A stretch of DNA of 64,000 nt from positions 2,356,001-2,420,000 of the forward strand of contig OZ218955.1 of NCBI GenBank assembly GCA_965112735.1, read 5' to 3'. Shown here piece after piece: positions 1 through 11,400 of this stretch. This stretch comes from Phaeosaccion multiseriatum (lineage: Eukaryota; Protista; Ochrophyta, other classes). A program made the translations under genes and the position numbers. Numbering within the stretch: position 1 is the first letter of the stretch; every line of letters starts with the position of its first letter. A model generated the notes under the pieces. The model did not search any database. It was not told the origin of the DNA and saw only the letters and a list, made by a program, of their open reading frames with translations.

Positions 1-2599
1 CCCCTCACTGGACCCAAAGCCGGGGTTTGTGGGGCCCAAACAGCCCAAACGAGGCATTTGCTGGCCACACCATGCCCGCGCAGGCCGATGTATGACTGCG
101 ACTGGCCCCACCGACACACCACATGGCCACAACGCCGCCGAGTTGGAAGTGGCATGGGCCCAAAACGCCCAATCTGGCCCCTCACTGGACCCAAAGCCGG
201 GGTTCAATTGTGGGGCCCAAACAGCCCAAACGAGGCATTTGCTGGCCCCACCATACCCGCGCAGGCCATTGGATGACTACGAATGGCCCAACCGACACAC
301 TACATTTCCACAACCTTGCCAAGTTGGAACTGGCATGGGCCCAAAACGCCCAATCTGGCCCCTCACTGGACCCAAAGCCGGGGTTTGTGGGGCCCAAACA
401 GCCCAAACGAGGCATTTGCTGGCCACACCATACCCGCGCAGGCCATTGGATGATTACGACTGGCCCAACCGACACACCAGATGGCCACAACGCCGCCAAG
501 TTGGAAGTGGCATGGGCCCAAAACGCCCAATCTGGCCCCTCGAGGGACCCAAAGCCATCAGGGTTTGTGGTGGCCCAAACAGCCCAAACGAGGCATTTGA
601 TGGCCACACCATGCCCGCGCAGGCCGATGCATGACTGCGACTGGCCCCACCGACACACCACATGGACACAACGCCGCCGAGTTGGAAGTGGCATGGGCCC
701 AAAACGCCCAATCTGGCCCCTCACTGGACCCAAAGCCGGGGTTTGTGGGGCCCAAACAGCCCAAACGAGGCATTTGCTGGCCACACCATGCCCGCGCAGG
801 CCGATGCATGACTGCGACTGGCCCCACCGACACACCACATGGCCACAACGCCGCCGAGTTGGAAGTGGCATGGGCCCAAAACGCCCAATCTGGCCCCTCA
901 CTGGACCCAAAGCCGGGGTTCAATTGTGGGGCCCAAACAGCCCAAACGAGGCATTTGCTGGCCCCACCATACCCGCGCAGGCCATTGGATGACTACGACT
1001 GGCCCAACCGACACACTACATTGCCACAACCTTGCCAAGTTGGAACTGGCATGGGCCCAAAACGCCCAATCTGGCCCCTCACTGGACCCAAAGCCGGGGT
1101 TTGTGGGGCCCAAACAGCCCAAACGAGGCATTTGCTGGCCACACCATGCCCGCGCAGGCCGATGCGTGACTGCGACTGGCCCAACCGACACACCACATGG
1201 CCACAACGTCGCCAAGTTGGAACTGGCATGGGCCCAAAACGCCCAATCTGGCCCCTCACTGGACCCAAAGCCGGGGTTTGTGGGGCCCAAACAGCCCAAA
1301 CGAGGCATTTGCTGGCCACACCATACCCGCGCAGGCCGATGCATGACTGCGACTGGCCCAACCGACACACCACATGGCCACAACGCTGCCAAGTTGGAAC
1401 TGGCATGGGCCCAAAACGCCCAATCTGGCCCCTCACTGGACCCAAAGCCGGGGTTTGTGGGGCCCAAACAGCCCAAACGAGGCATTTGCTGGCCACACCA
1501 TGCCCGCGTAGGAGACTGGACGACTGCGACTGGCCTAACCGACACACTACATGGCCACAACGTCGCCAAGTTGGAACTGACATGGGCCCAAAACGCCCAA
1601 TCTGGCCCCTCACTGGACCCAAAGCCGGGGTTTGTCGGGCCCAAACAGCCCAAACGAGGCATTTGCTGGCCACACCGTGCCCGCGCAGGAGACTGGACGA
1701 CTGCGACTGGCCCAACCGACACACTACATGGCCACAACGTCGCCAAGTTGGAACTGGCATGGGCCTAAAACGCCCAATCTGGCCCCTCACTGGACCCAAA
1801 GCCGGGGTTTGTGGGGCCCAAACAGCCCAAACGAGGCATTTCCTGGCCACACCATGCCCGCGCAGGCCGATGCATGACTGCGACTGGCCCCACCGACACA
1901 CCACATGGCCACAACGCCGCCGAGTTGGAAGTGGCATGGGCCCAAAACGCCCAATCTGGCCCCTCACTGGACCCAAAGCCGGGGTTCAATTGTGGGGCCC
2001 AAACAGCCCAAACGAGGCATTTGCTGGCCCCACCATACCCGCGCAGGCCATTGGATGACTACGACTGGCCCAACCGACACACTACATTGCCACAACCTTG
2101 CCAAGTTGGAACTGGCATGGGCCCAAAACGCCCAATCTGGCCCCTCACTGGACCCAAAGCCGGGGTTTGTGGGGCCCAAACAGCCCAAACGAGGCATTTG
2201 CTGGCCACACCATGCCCGCGCAGGCCGATGCGTGACTGCGACTGGCCCAACCGACACACCACATGGCCACAACGTCGCCAAGTTGGAACTGGCATGGGCC
2301 CAAAACGCCCAATCTGGCCCCTCACTGGACCCAAAGCCGGGGTTTGTGGGGCCCAAACAGCCCAAACGAGGCATTTGCTGGCCACACCATACCCGCGCAG
2401 GCCGATGCATGACTGCGACTGGCCCAACCGACACACCACATGGCCACAACGCTGCCAAGTTGGAACTGGCATGGGCCCAAAACGCCCAATCTGGCCCCTC
2501 ACTGGACCCAAAGCCGGGGTTTGTGGGGCCCAAACAGCCCAAACGAGGCATTTGCTGGCCACACCATGCCCGCGCAGGAGACTGGACGACTGCGACTGG
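1..2599. repeat. 177-bp satellite array, block 1 (~14.5 monomers)
   Basis: CCCCTCACTGGACCCAAAGCCGGGG recurs at 1, 178, etc. A +4 variant (GGGGTTCAATTG) occurs at ~199, 915 and 1981; 915 to 1981 is 1066 bp, i.e. a 6-mer HOR. Confidence 0.97.
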
Positions 2600-5500
2600 T
2601 ACCGCCCCAAGGGGGGGGGTCCCCTCTGGGGAGATGTACAGTATGTCAGTGAAGCAGGGAATTTAGATTTTTCAGAAGAGGAGAGACCTTGGCGTGCGCT
2701 GTCACTTACTGAGGCGGCGGAGACAGAGCCCAGGAAGAGTGGAGCACACTGTCAAGGAGGAGAGTAGATACTGGTGTGGTGGAAAGCGAGCCTCTTGTCC
2801 TGGGCCCGGACAGAGCGCTTGTGTCGGCCAAGGGGACCCGCCTGGTGTTGAGTGCCGGGGTCCTCGTGGGCGAGGGAAGGAGAGATAGGGAGACTGTGTC
2901 TGGTGTTGAGTGCCGACAGTGTCCACGGTGTTGAGTGCCGGAACTCTTCTTTTCTTTCCCACCCAGTAGGGGGGGGCAGTCCCGTGAGGGACTCCCACCT
3001 TGGGAGCGCAGAGCGCCTCCAAGGGGGCCGCCTCCATGGAGGGAGGCGGGCACCGGGTTTCGGATGTAGTGGAGCTTGGGGTGCCACCGCAGTGAGCACC
3101 CCAAGTCCCGCTTCACCCCCACCCATCCGAGTACCCACCGGTGCGCTGCGAGGGTGCAGCAGCACCTGCCCCAGCCTAGTCGGGAGCCCACTCTCCCGAT
3201 CGTAGTCGGCCGGTACACAAAACACAAAGATACACAAACATTCATACGCACACAGACATAATAATACACATACAGGGGCAACAGTAGACACAGACGCACA
3301 CCAGTACACACACACATACAAACACCCGCCGCGTGTACCGGTGTAGGGCTGCTGGTGCTGTTGCCAAGGGCTGCGCTCCCCGCTGCTGGGGGAGGAATGA
3401 TGGCGAGGGAGGAGCCGCTGGTGTCGCCACGGGCAGAGTCAGTGTCCTTTGAAGAGGTCCCTTCGCACGCCCCCTGCTGACCATCACACACCCCCCACTC
3501 GCTTGGGATGGTGTGCTGGGGGGGGGGCGAGCCACTGAGCGAAATACACTGCGCAGTCCTCTGGCACGGCGGGTGGAAGCAGCAAAGCGCGCCCAAACCA
3601 GCAAATTCGGATTCTTTTCGGAATCACAGATCCAAAAGTGTCCATATATCCAACCCCTGTAGAAAAGCCGAAAATGCCCTCACAGAAGCGCTCATGTTTT
3701 CCGCTCCAAGCTCTTCGAACATCAACTCGTAGAAGTTACCCTTCTGCACACGCCGTACCAAGACCACTCTGCTGCGATTCCAACCGTCCGCCGTGGACTT
3801 CCGCTGTACCAGCTGAGCAATACAGCGAATGCCAAACACCTCGGTGCTGCGGGCCCGAAAAATGAACCAGTCCAATATCTCAAGCGCGGCGGCACCAATC
3901 CCTCGACCACCGAGCACGATAGCAAGAGGGTAGTCCATCCATACTACCGGAAGTAAGTCGTGCAAGCAGAGCGAGCCACAAGCCCTGTTCTCTCCCATCC
4001 TCCATGTTCACACCGCTCACGAGCCCCAACGCCGAAAAAACCATCACCTTCTCTGCTGCATCACAGGCAGGCCCCGACTTCCACTCCATAGCTGTTGTGA
4101 ACGACCAAACATCATGCTTCCGCCGTCCATTACAGATAAGTAGCCAGATTGCTCAATGCCCCAATTTCCTTCAGCACCGGACGACGTACATCGCCGTACA
4201 CTCCGTAGACGGTCACCAAACGCTGCCGTACCTCCCGAAATGCGAGTACCGTACACTCCCAATGCCGCCTTCCAATTCTCAATTCCCCCTCGTATGCTGT
4301 GCCTCTCTTGTCGCCCATCGGTTCGCTGTTATGGCCACAGGTCCCATATCCGCTCCACACGCAAACTCGAGGCGCCAACCACGATCAAAGGGCTCTCCGG
4401 TTCCTTCCAACAGCCCGAATAGCTGCCTTCGCATCCATGCTGCCACCTTTGACGCTCGTACTATTTGCTTTGCGGTTGCTGTTTGTCCTGAGAGCTGAGC
4501 CTCCATCGGACCCCCCCCCTCCCCCTCCCATGCGTTCGAGATGGTGAGGGAGGTACAGCTGTAGTCCGTCTCCTTCCCTTCGCCGCTCCTCGGCCCGATA
4601 TGTCTCTCGGATGTAGCTGCCGGAGGTGAGCTGTGCGAGCTCCCGTATCGAAGGTCAGCTACGCCCCCACCCATCCAGAGAGACTGCAGGCAAGCTCAGT
4701 GGCGACCCCGTACGCCTCCTTCTGGCCATACTGCTGTTGTAGGTGGGAGACACTCCAACAACAAGGGAGGTACACTTAAACACGCAGACGTACACAAACA
4801 TTCACAGGCACACAGATATAGACAAAGGCACAATACAGGGACACCAGCACCCACAAACGCACACTAGCACACACAGACGCAGACCAGCACACACAGATAC
4901 AAACACACATCGTCTGTAGGGGCAGTGACCACGGCTGCTGTTGCCTAGGACTGCCCCGCCCGCCGTTGAGGGCCGGAATGGCGAGGGATGAGCCGCTGTT
5001 GTCACCGCGCGCAGAGCCAGCCTCCTTTGCGGAGGAGGCGCATATTCGCACGCCAAACACAGGAAATACGCACCCTACACACAGAAACACCGTCCGGACA
5101 TACACACACAAACATACAGACAAACACCTGGAAGAGCTAAGGGGCCTGCCGTCACCCGGGAGCCCCTTTCGTCTCGTAAAAAGACAAAAAATGCCGTGGA
5201 CCACACCCCCCAAACCTTGGGCCACGGGAGAGAGGAGAGGGCGGAGAGATGAGTAGGGCGTCGGCCTCAACACCGGACGCGGATCCTACGGCGATACCAG
5301 CAAGGAAGAAAGGGCGAAGAGGGCAAAAGGCGCCGGCACTCAACACCGGGGCGGCGGTCGGCACTCAACACCAGACACCGCTCCTAAGCCGTAGAGCCCC
5401 ACAACACCGGCAAAGGGAAAGAAAAGAAGAGTTCCGGCACTCAACACCGTGGACACTGTCGGCACTCAACACCAGACACAGTCTCCCTATCTCTCCTTCC

Positions 5501-5884
5501 CTCGCCCACGAGGACCCCGGCACTCAACACCAGGCGGGTCCCCTTGGCCGACACAAGCGCTCTGTCCGGGCCCAGGACAAGAGGCTCGCTTTCCACCACA
5601 CCAGTATCTACTCTCCTCCTTGACAGTGTGCTCCACTCTTCCTGGGCTCTGTCTCCGCCGCCTCAGTAAGTGACAGCACACGCCAAGGTCTCTCCTCTTC
5701 TGAAAAATCTAAATTCCCTGCTTCACTGACATACTGTACATCTCTCCAGAGGGGACCCCCCCCCTTGGGGCGGTACCAAGCACCTACGCTGACGCTTCGC
5801 CCTGCTGGCTCCCATGTCTCCCACCTCTTCCTCGTCTCTGTTCCGCGAGAAACAAAGTTCCGTTGCTGCGCTGCTGAACAGGCT
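2597..5884 (-). mobile_element. Non-autonomous element, family A' (DIRS/split-repeat-related); intact A' terminus at 5884 and a truncated inverted A' copy at 2597-2959
   Basis: 2597-2959 is the reverse complement of ~5413-5778. The terminus AGCCTGTTCAGCAGCGCAGCAACGGAAC (rc at 5884) is identical to 24811. No credible ORF. Carries the shared module at ~3600-4500. Confidence 0.75.
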
Positions 5885-7625
5885 ATTTGCTGGCCACACC
5901 ATGCCCGCGCAGGGCGATGCATGACTGCGACTGGCCCCACCGACACACCACATGGCCACAACGCCGCCGAGTTGGAAGTGGCATGGGCCCAAAACGCCCA
6001 ATCTGGCCCCTCACTGGACCCAAAGCCGGGGTTCAATTGTGGGGCCCAAACAGCCCAAACGAGGCATTTGCTGGCCCCACCATACCCGCGCAGGCCATTG
6101 GATGACTACGACTGGCCCAACCGACACACTACATTGCCACAACCTTGCCAAGTTGGAACTGGCATGGGCCCAAAACGCCCAATCTGGCCCCTCACTGGAC
6201 CCAAAGCCGGGGTTTGTGGGGCCCAAACAGCCCAAACGAGGCATTTGCTGGCCACACCATGCCCGCGCAGGCCGATGCGTGACTGCGACTGGCCCAACCG
6301 ACACACCACATGGCCACAACGTCGCCAAGTTGGAACTGGCATGGGCCCAAAACGCCCAATCTGGCCCCTCACTGGACCCAAAGCCGGGGTTTGTGGGGCC
6401 CAAACAGCCCAAACGAGGCATTTGCTGGCCACACCATACCCGCGCAGGCCGATGCATGACTGCGACTGGCCCAACCGACACACCACATGGCCACAACGCT
6501 GCCAAGTTGGAACTGGCATGGGCCCAAAACGCCCAATCTGGCCCCTCACTGGACCCAAAGCCGGGGTTTGTGGGGCCCAAACAGCCCAAACGAGGCATTT
6601 GCTGGCCACACCATGCCCGCGCAGGAGACTGGACGACTGCGACTGGCCTAACCGACACACTACATGGCCACAACGCCGCCAAGTTGGGACTGGCATGGGC
6701 CCAAAACGCCCAATCTGGCGTCTCGAGGGACCCAAAGCCAGGGTTTGTGGGGCCCAAACGAGGCATTTGCTGGCCACACCATGCCCGCGCAGGAGACTGG
6801 ACGACTGCGACTGGCCTAACCGACACACTACATGGCCACAACGTCGCCAAGTTGGAACTGGCATGGGCCCAAAACGCCCAATCTGGCCCCTCACTGGACC
6901 CAAAGCCGGGGTTTGTCGGGCCCAAACAGCCCAAACGAGGCATTTGCTGGCCACACCATGCCCGCGCAGGAGACTGGACGACTGCGACTGGCCTAATAGA
7001 CACACTACATGGCCACAACGCCGCCAAGTTGGGACTGGCATGGGCCCAAAACGCCCAATCTGGCCCCTCGAGGGACCCAAAGCCAGGGTTTGTGGGGCCC
7101 AAACAGCCAAAACGAGGCATTTGCTGGCCACACCATGCCCGCGCAGGAGACTGGACGACTGCGACTGGCCTAACCGACACACTACATGGCCACAACGCCG
7201 CCAAGTTGGGACTGGCATGGGCCCAAAACGCCCAATCTGGCCCCTCGAGGGACCCAAAGCCAGGGTTTGTGGGGCCCAAACAGCCCAAACGAGGCAATTG
7301 CTGGCCACACCATGCCCGCGCAGGAGACTGGACGACTGCGACTGGCCTAACCGACACACTACATGGCCACAACGTCGCCAAGTTGGAACTGGCATGGGCC
7401 CAAAACGCCCAATCTGGCCCCTCACTGGACCCAAAGCCGGGGTTTGTGGGGCCCAAACAGCCCAAACGAGGCATTTGCTGGCCACACCGTGCCCGCGCAG
7501 GAGACTGGACGACTGCGACTGGCCCAACCGACACACTACATGGCCACAACGTCGCCAAGTTGGAACTGGCATGGGCCTAAAACGCCCAATCTGGCCCCTC
7601 ACTGGACCCAAAGCCGCCGGGGTTT
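5885..7625. repeat. 177-bp satellite, block 2
   Basis: Same monomer; the variant order repeats that of ~1838-2599. Confidence 0.97.
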
Positions 7626-8016
7626 TGTAGCGGTATATAAGGAGTCATTGGCTCGCTATAAACCATTCAGCCGCTGGGCCTCCTTATATACCGCTACAAA
7701 AATATGCACAGAAGAGGAACGATTCTAATCGCTAACACCCTTCAATCTTTGCGAGCAGTTGATCAGACCGCCCCCCCCGCCATCTTGGCGTTCTGGGGAT
7801 ATTCCGCAGGATCTTGTTCCCACTCGCGCCGGGTTTCTGAAACGGCCGTAAAATATTTGACTGCCCTATACGGGTGAGAATCGAACCTCTTACTGATGGA
7901 GATCTTTTCTTCTGTGCATATTTTTGTAGCGGTATATAAGGAGTCATTGGCTCGCTATAAACCATTCAGCGCTGAATGGTTTATAGCGAGCCAATGACTC
8001 ATTATATACCGCTACA
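7626..8016. mobile_element. Hairpin-terminated mini-element, family H1 (391 bp)
   Basis: Ends TGTAGC...GCTACA with TSD GTTT (7622-7625 / 8017-8020). Left hairpin 7626-7698; right 92-bp palindrome 7925-8016. Confidence 0.88.
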
Positions 8017-8463
8017 GTTTGTGGGGCCCAAACAGCCCAAACGAGGCATTTGCTGGCCACACCATGCCCGCGCAGGCCGATGCATGACTGCGACTGGCCC
8101 CACCGACACACCACATGGCCACAACGCCGCCGAGTTGGAAGTGGCATGGGCCCACAACGCCCAATCTGGCCCCTCACTGGACCCAAAGCCGGGGTTTAAT
8201 TGTGGGGCCCAAACAGCCCAAACGAGGCATTTGCTGGCCCCACCATACCCGCGCAGGCCATTGGATGACTACGACTGGCCCAAACGAGGCATTTGCTGGC
8301 CACACCATGCCCGCGCAGGAGACTGGACGACTGCGACTGGCCTAACCGACACACTACATGGCCACAACGTCGCCAAGTTGGAACTGGCATGGGCCCAAAA
8401 CGCCCAATCTGGCCCCTCACTGGACCCAAAGCCGGGGTTTGTGGGGCCCAAACAGCCCAAACG
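8017..8463. repeat. 177-bp satellite, block 3
   Basis: Same monomer, with one internally deleted unit near 8280. Confidence 0.95.
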
Positions 8464-11400
8464 CGCTGCTTCAGCAGCGAAGCCACGGAAGTTCTGTTCT
8501 CGCGGAGTGGAGTCGACGGAGAAACAGGGTATTGAGAGCCGAGGAGGGTGGAGCGTGAGCGCGTGTGTGGACCCCGAGGGGGGCTGGTAGGATAGAATAT
8601 ATTTATGGCAGCAGATGGAAAACAACGGATTTGGATTTTCCGCTGGAGCTCAGAAGAGGAGGAGCCCTGCTGTACTCGCCACCCTACCGTGATTGAAGGA
8701 GATAGAGAGCAGGTGCGGGAGCGTGTACGAGCAGGGAGGAGAGTAGAGACCGATGGTGTAGGAAAGCAAGGATCGCAGTAGGGCCCGACTGCTTCTCTTG
8801 TGAGGGTGAAGGTGCTGTGTGCTTACTTGTGTCATGCTAACTGTCGCAAACACAAGAGGTGCCCCCAATGCTAACTGTCGCAAGGGCTTGCGCTACGCAC
8901 ACGCATCTAGTAGAAGTGAGAGACCCTTAGCCTGGTGTAGTATGGAGCTCTCGCCGGGCAAAAGGTTTTTTCTTTCTTCTCTCGCCGGTGACGGGGCTTC
9001 CACGTTAGCTCGTCGCCCTTTCCTCTCCATTAGTTTCGCGGGGTCCGTCCACCCCAGCCTCTCCGTCTCCTCCCTTCCCCAGCCCGCCTGGTTGTGGCGT
9101 CGCTGCGGCGGTGGCGGATCTTTTAGGTTGGGGGGTGAAAGATCCTCCCGCCTTGGCTGGTCCTGATGGTGATGAGAGCCCCGCGTATCGTGTTGGACGG
9201 AGATGCCGCAGCTGAGAGCCCCACGTATCGACGATCGTATCCGACGGAGATGCAACAGGGCAGGTGGACTCAGGGGGGGCTTTCAGGGGGGGAGGTATTG
9301 TGTGGGCAGCAGCAGCGCGCAGTGGTGTCGCTGCAGCCGGAGGGCACGGGCGCACGGACAGTTGGTGTGTAGTATGGGAGTGAGTGCTATGGCTGCGAAA
9401 GGATCGCTGGGAGGTGGCCTTGTTTTCCTCTTCCTCGCCTTTGGAGACGTTTTGCGTGTGGGAGAAGGGCGGCAGCAGAAGTGAGTGAAAAGGGGCTCTC
9501 AGCCAAGCAGCAAGAGCCTCGGGAGCCACGGCGAAGGAGTTCGTGAGTGTGGCAGCGGCGGCCGCATGGATACGGGGCAGGTGTTCGGGCTATGACAAGG
9601 AACCGGTGAGCTCTGCTTTGATGGTGGTTGACGCCTCGAGGTGGCGTGTGAAGCGGCTGTTCCACCTGTGGCCACAACAGAGAAGCCCCGTACAACAGGA
9701 GGGGCGCAGCGAGCAAGGAAGGCATGGGTCGTTGGCAGACAGCATTGCGAGTACACAGCGGTTTCATCTCGGACGACACAGCAACATCTAGGGTATTCAT
9801 CTACGTGTTAAGTGTGGGGAAAGGGCACTACGCTGGGGGGTTGCGGCAGAGAGTGGGGAATCGACCCATGTCGCGACTTATCTGCAATGGGTGGCGGCGG
9901 AGTGGCGTTTGGTCGTACACAACAGCTGTGGAGTAAGTGTCGGGGCCCGCCTGTGCCGCAGATGGTCAGATGAGGGGTTTTCGGGTGTGTGGGGCCCTTG
10001 AGCGGTGCGAACAAAGAAAATGGGCGAGAGAAGGCACTAGGTTTTGCTATGCTTGCGCGACTTACTTGGGGTAGTAGGGATGGCATATCCTCGTGCCAGA
10101 ATGCCCGGCGGTCGATTCTTTGGGGCAGCAGGGCTTGAGATCTTGGGCTTGTTCGTTTTGCGGGACGACAGCAGCGAGGTGTTTTGCCCTCGGTGTTTTG
10201 TCGACCGGGTCAAGCGGAAGTCCGCAGCGGACGGTTGGGATAGCAGTGGAGGGGTCTCGGCACGGTGTATGCAGAAGGGCCGCGTCCACGAGTCGATGTT
10301 CTAGGAGCTTGGGGCGGAAAACATAAGTGCTCCTGTTGGGGCATTTTCGGTTTTTCTACCGGGGTTGGTTCTATGGGTCTTTTGGATCTGTGATTCCGAA
10401 ATGAATTTCAATTTCGACCAAGTGGCTAATTGAGCGACCTTTGATCTGCGGCGATGGCGAATCTTTTAGATTGGGGGGTGAAAGATCCCTCCGTCTTGGT
10501 CCGTCATTGGAGCAGGTGATGAAGAGAGCGCCGACTATCGTATTCGGAGGACTTCGCAGGGGCTCCCGGTGATGGAGGAGGGAGTAGAGCTGTGCCGCGT
10601 CTCCCTCACTCTCACTGATGGCTCTGCAGGTGGGAGCACAGCAGATTGGTAGCGACATAGCACGCATCTCCTCCCACTCACGGCGGATCGATGAGGCTTC
10701 AGCATCGGTCGCAAGCGGCGGTGACTGGCGGCTCCTCCGGTCTCAGGTGGGCCTGGGTCACGGCATTTCAGTATACGCGTGCAGGAGGCTATGCATGATG
10801 GGCTGGGCAGGGCGCGGTAGGATACATGCAGACGCGGCTGCGCCCTGGGGACTTTGGGTGAATGGGGGATGAGCGGCTCCTCGGAACCGCTGCCCCCAAA
10901 GGCCCGTGCTCGCCCCCGTCAGGGAAGCGACACCCCGGAGGCACTGTGTGCCCCGAGGTGAGTCCCTCTCAGGACTGCACTCTTAATGAAAAGTTTATCC
11001 CCCAACAATGGCGACGACTGGATGAGGAGGAGCGAGGCCTCTCAATGGGTACCCAGTTTTGATTGAGCGCAACGACCGCGAGAACGCTGCTTCAGCAGCG
11101 AAGCCACGGAAGTTCTGTTCTCGCGGAGTGGAGTCGACGGATAAACAGGGTATTGAGAGCCGAGGAGGGTGGAGCGTGAGCGCGTGTGTGGACCCCGAGG
11201 GGGGCTGGTAGGATAGAATATATTTATGGCAGCAGATGGAAAACAACGGATTTGGATTTTCCGCTGGAGCTCAGAAGAGGAGGAGCCCTGCTGTACTCGC
11301 CACCCTACCGTGATTGAAGGAGATAGAGAGCAGGTGCGGGAGCGTGTACAAGCAGGGAGGAGAGTAGAGACCGATGGTGTAGGAAAGCAAGGATCGCAGT

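Noticed and set aside
3624-4498. Short ORFs in the shared module as real genes
   Set aside because: Stops and frame breaks differ between copies, and no domain is recognisable.
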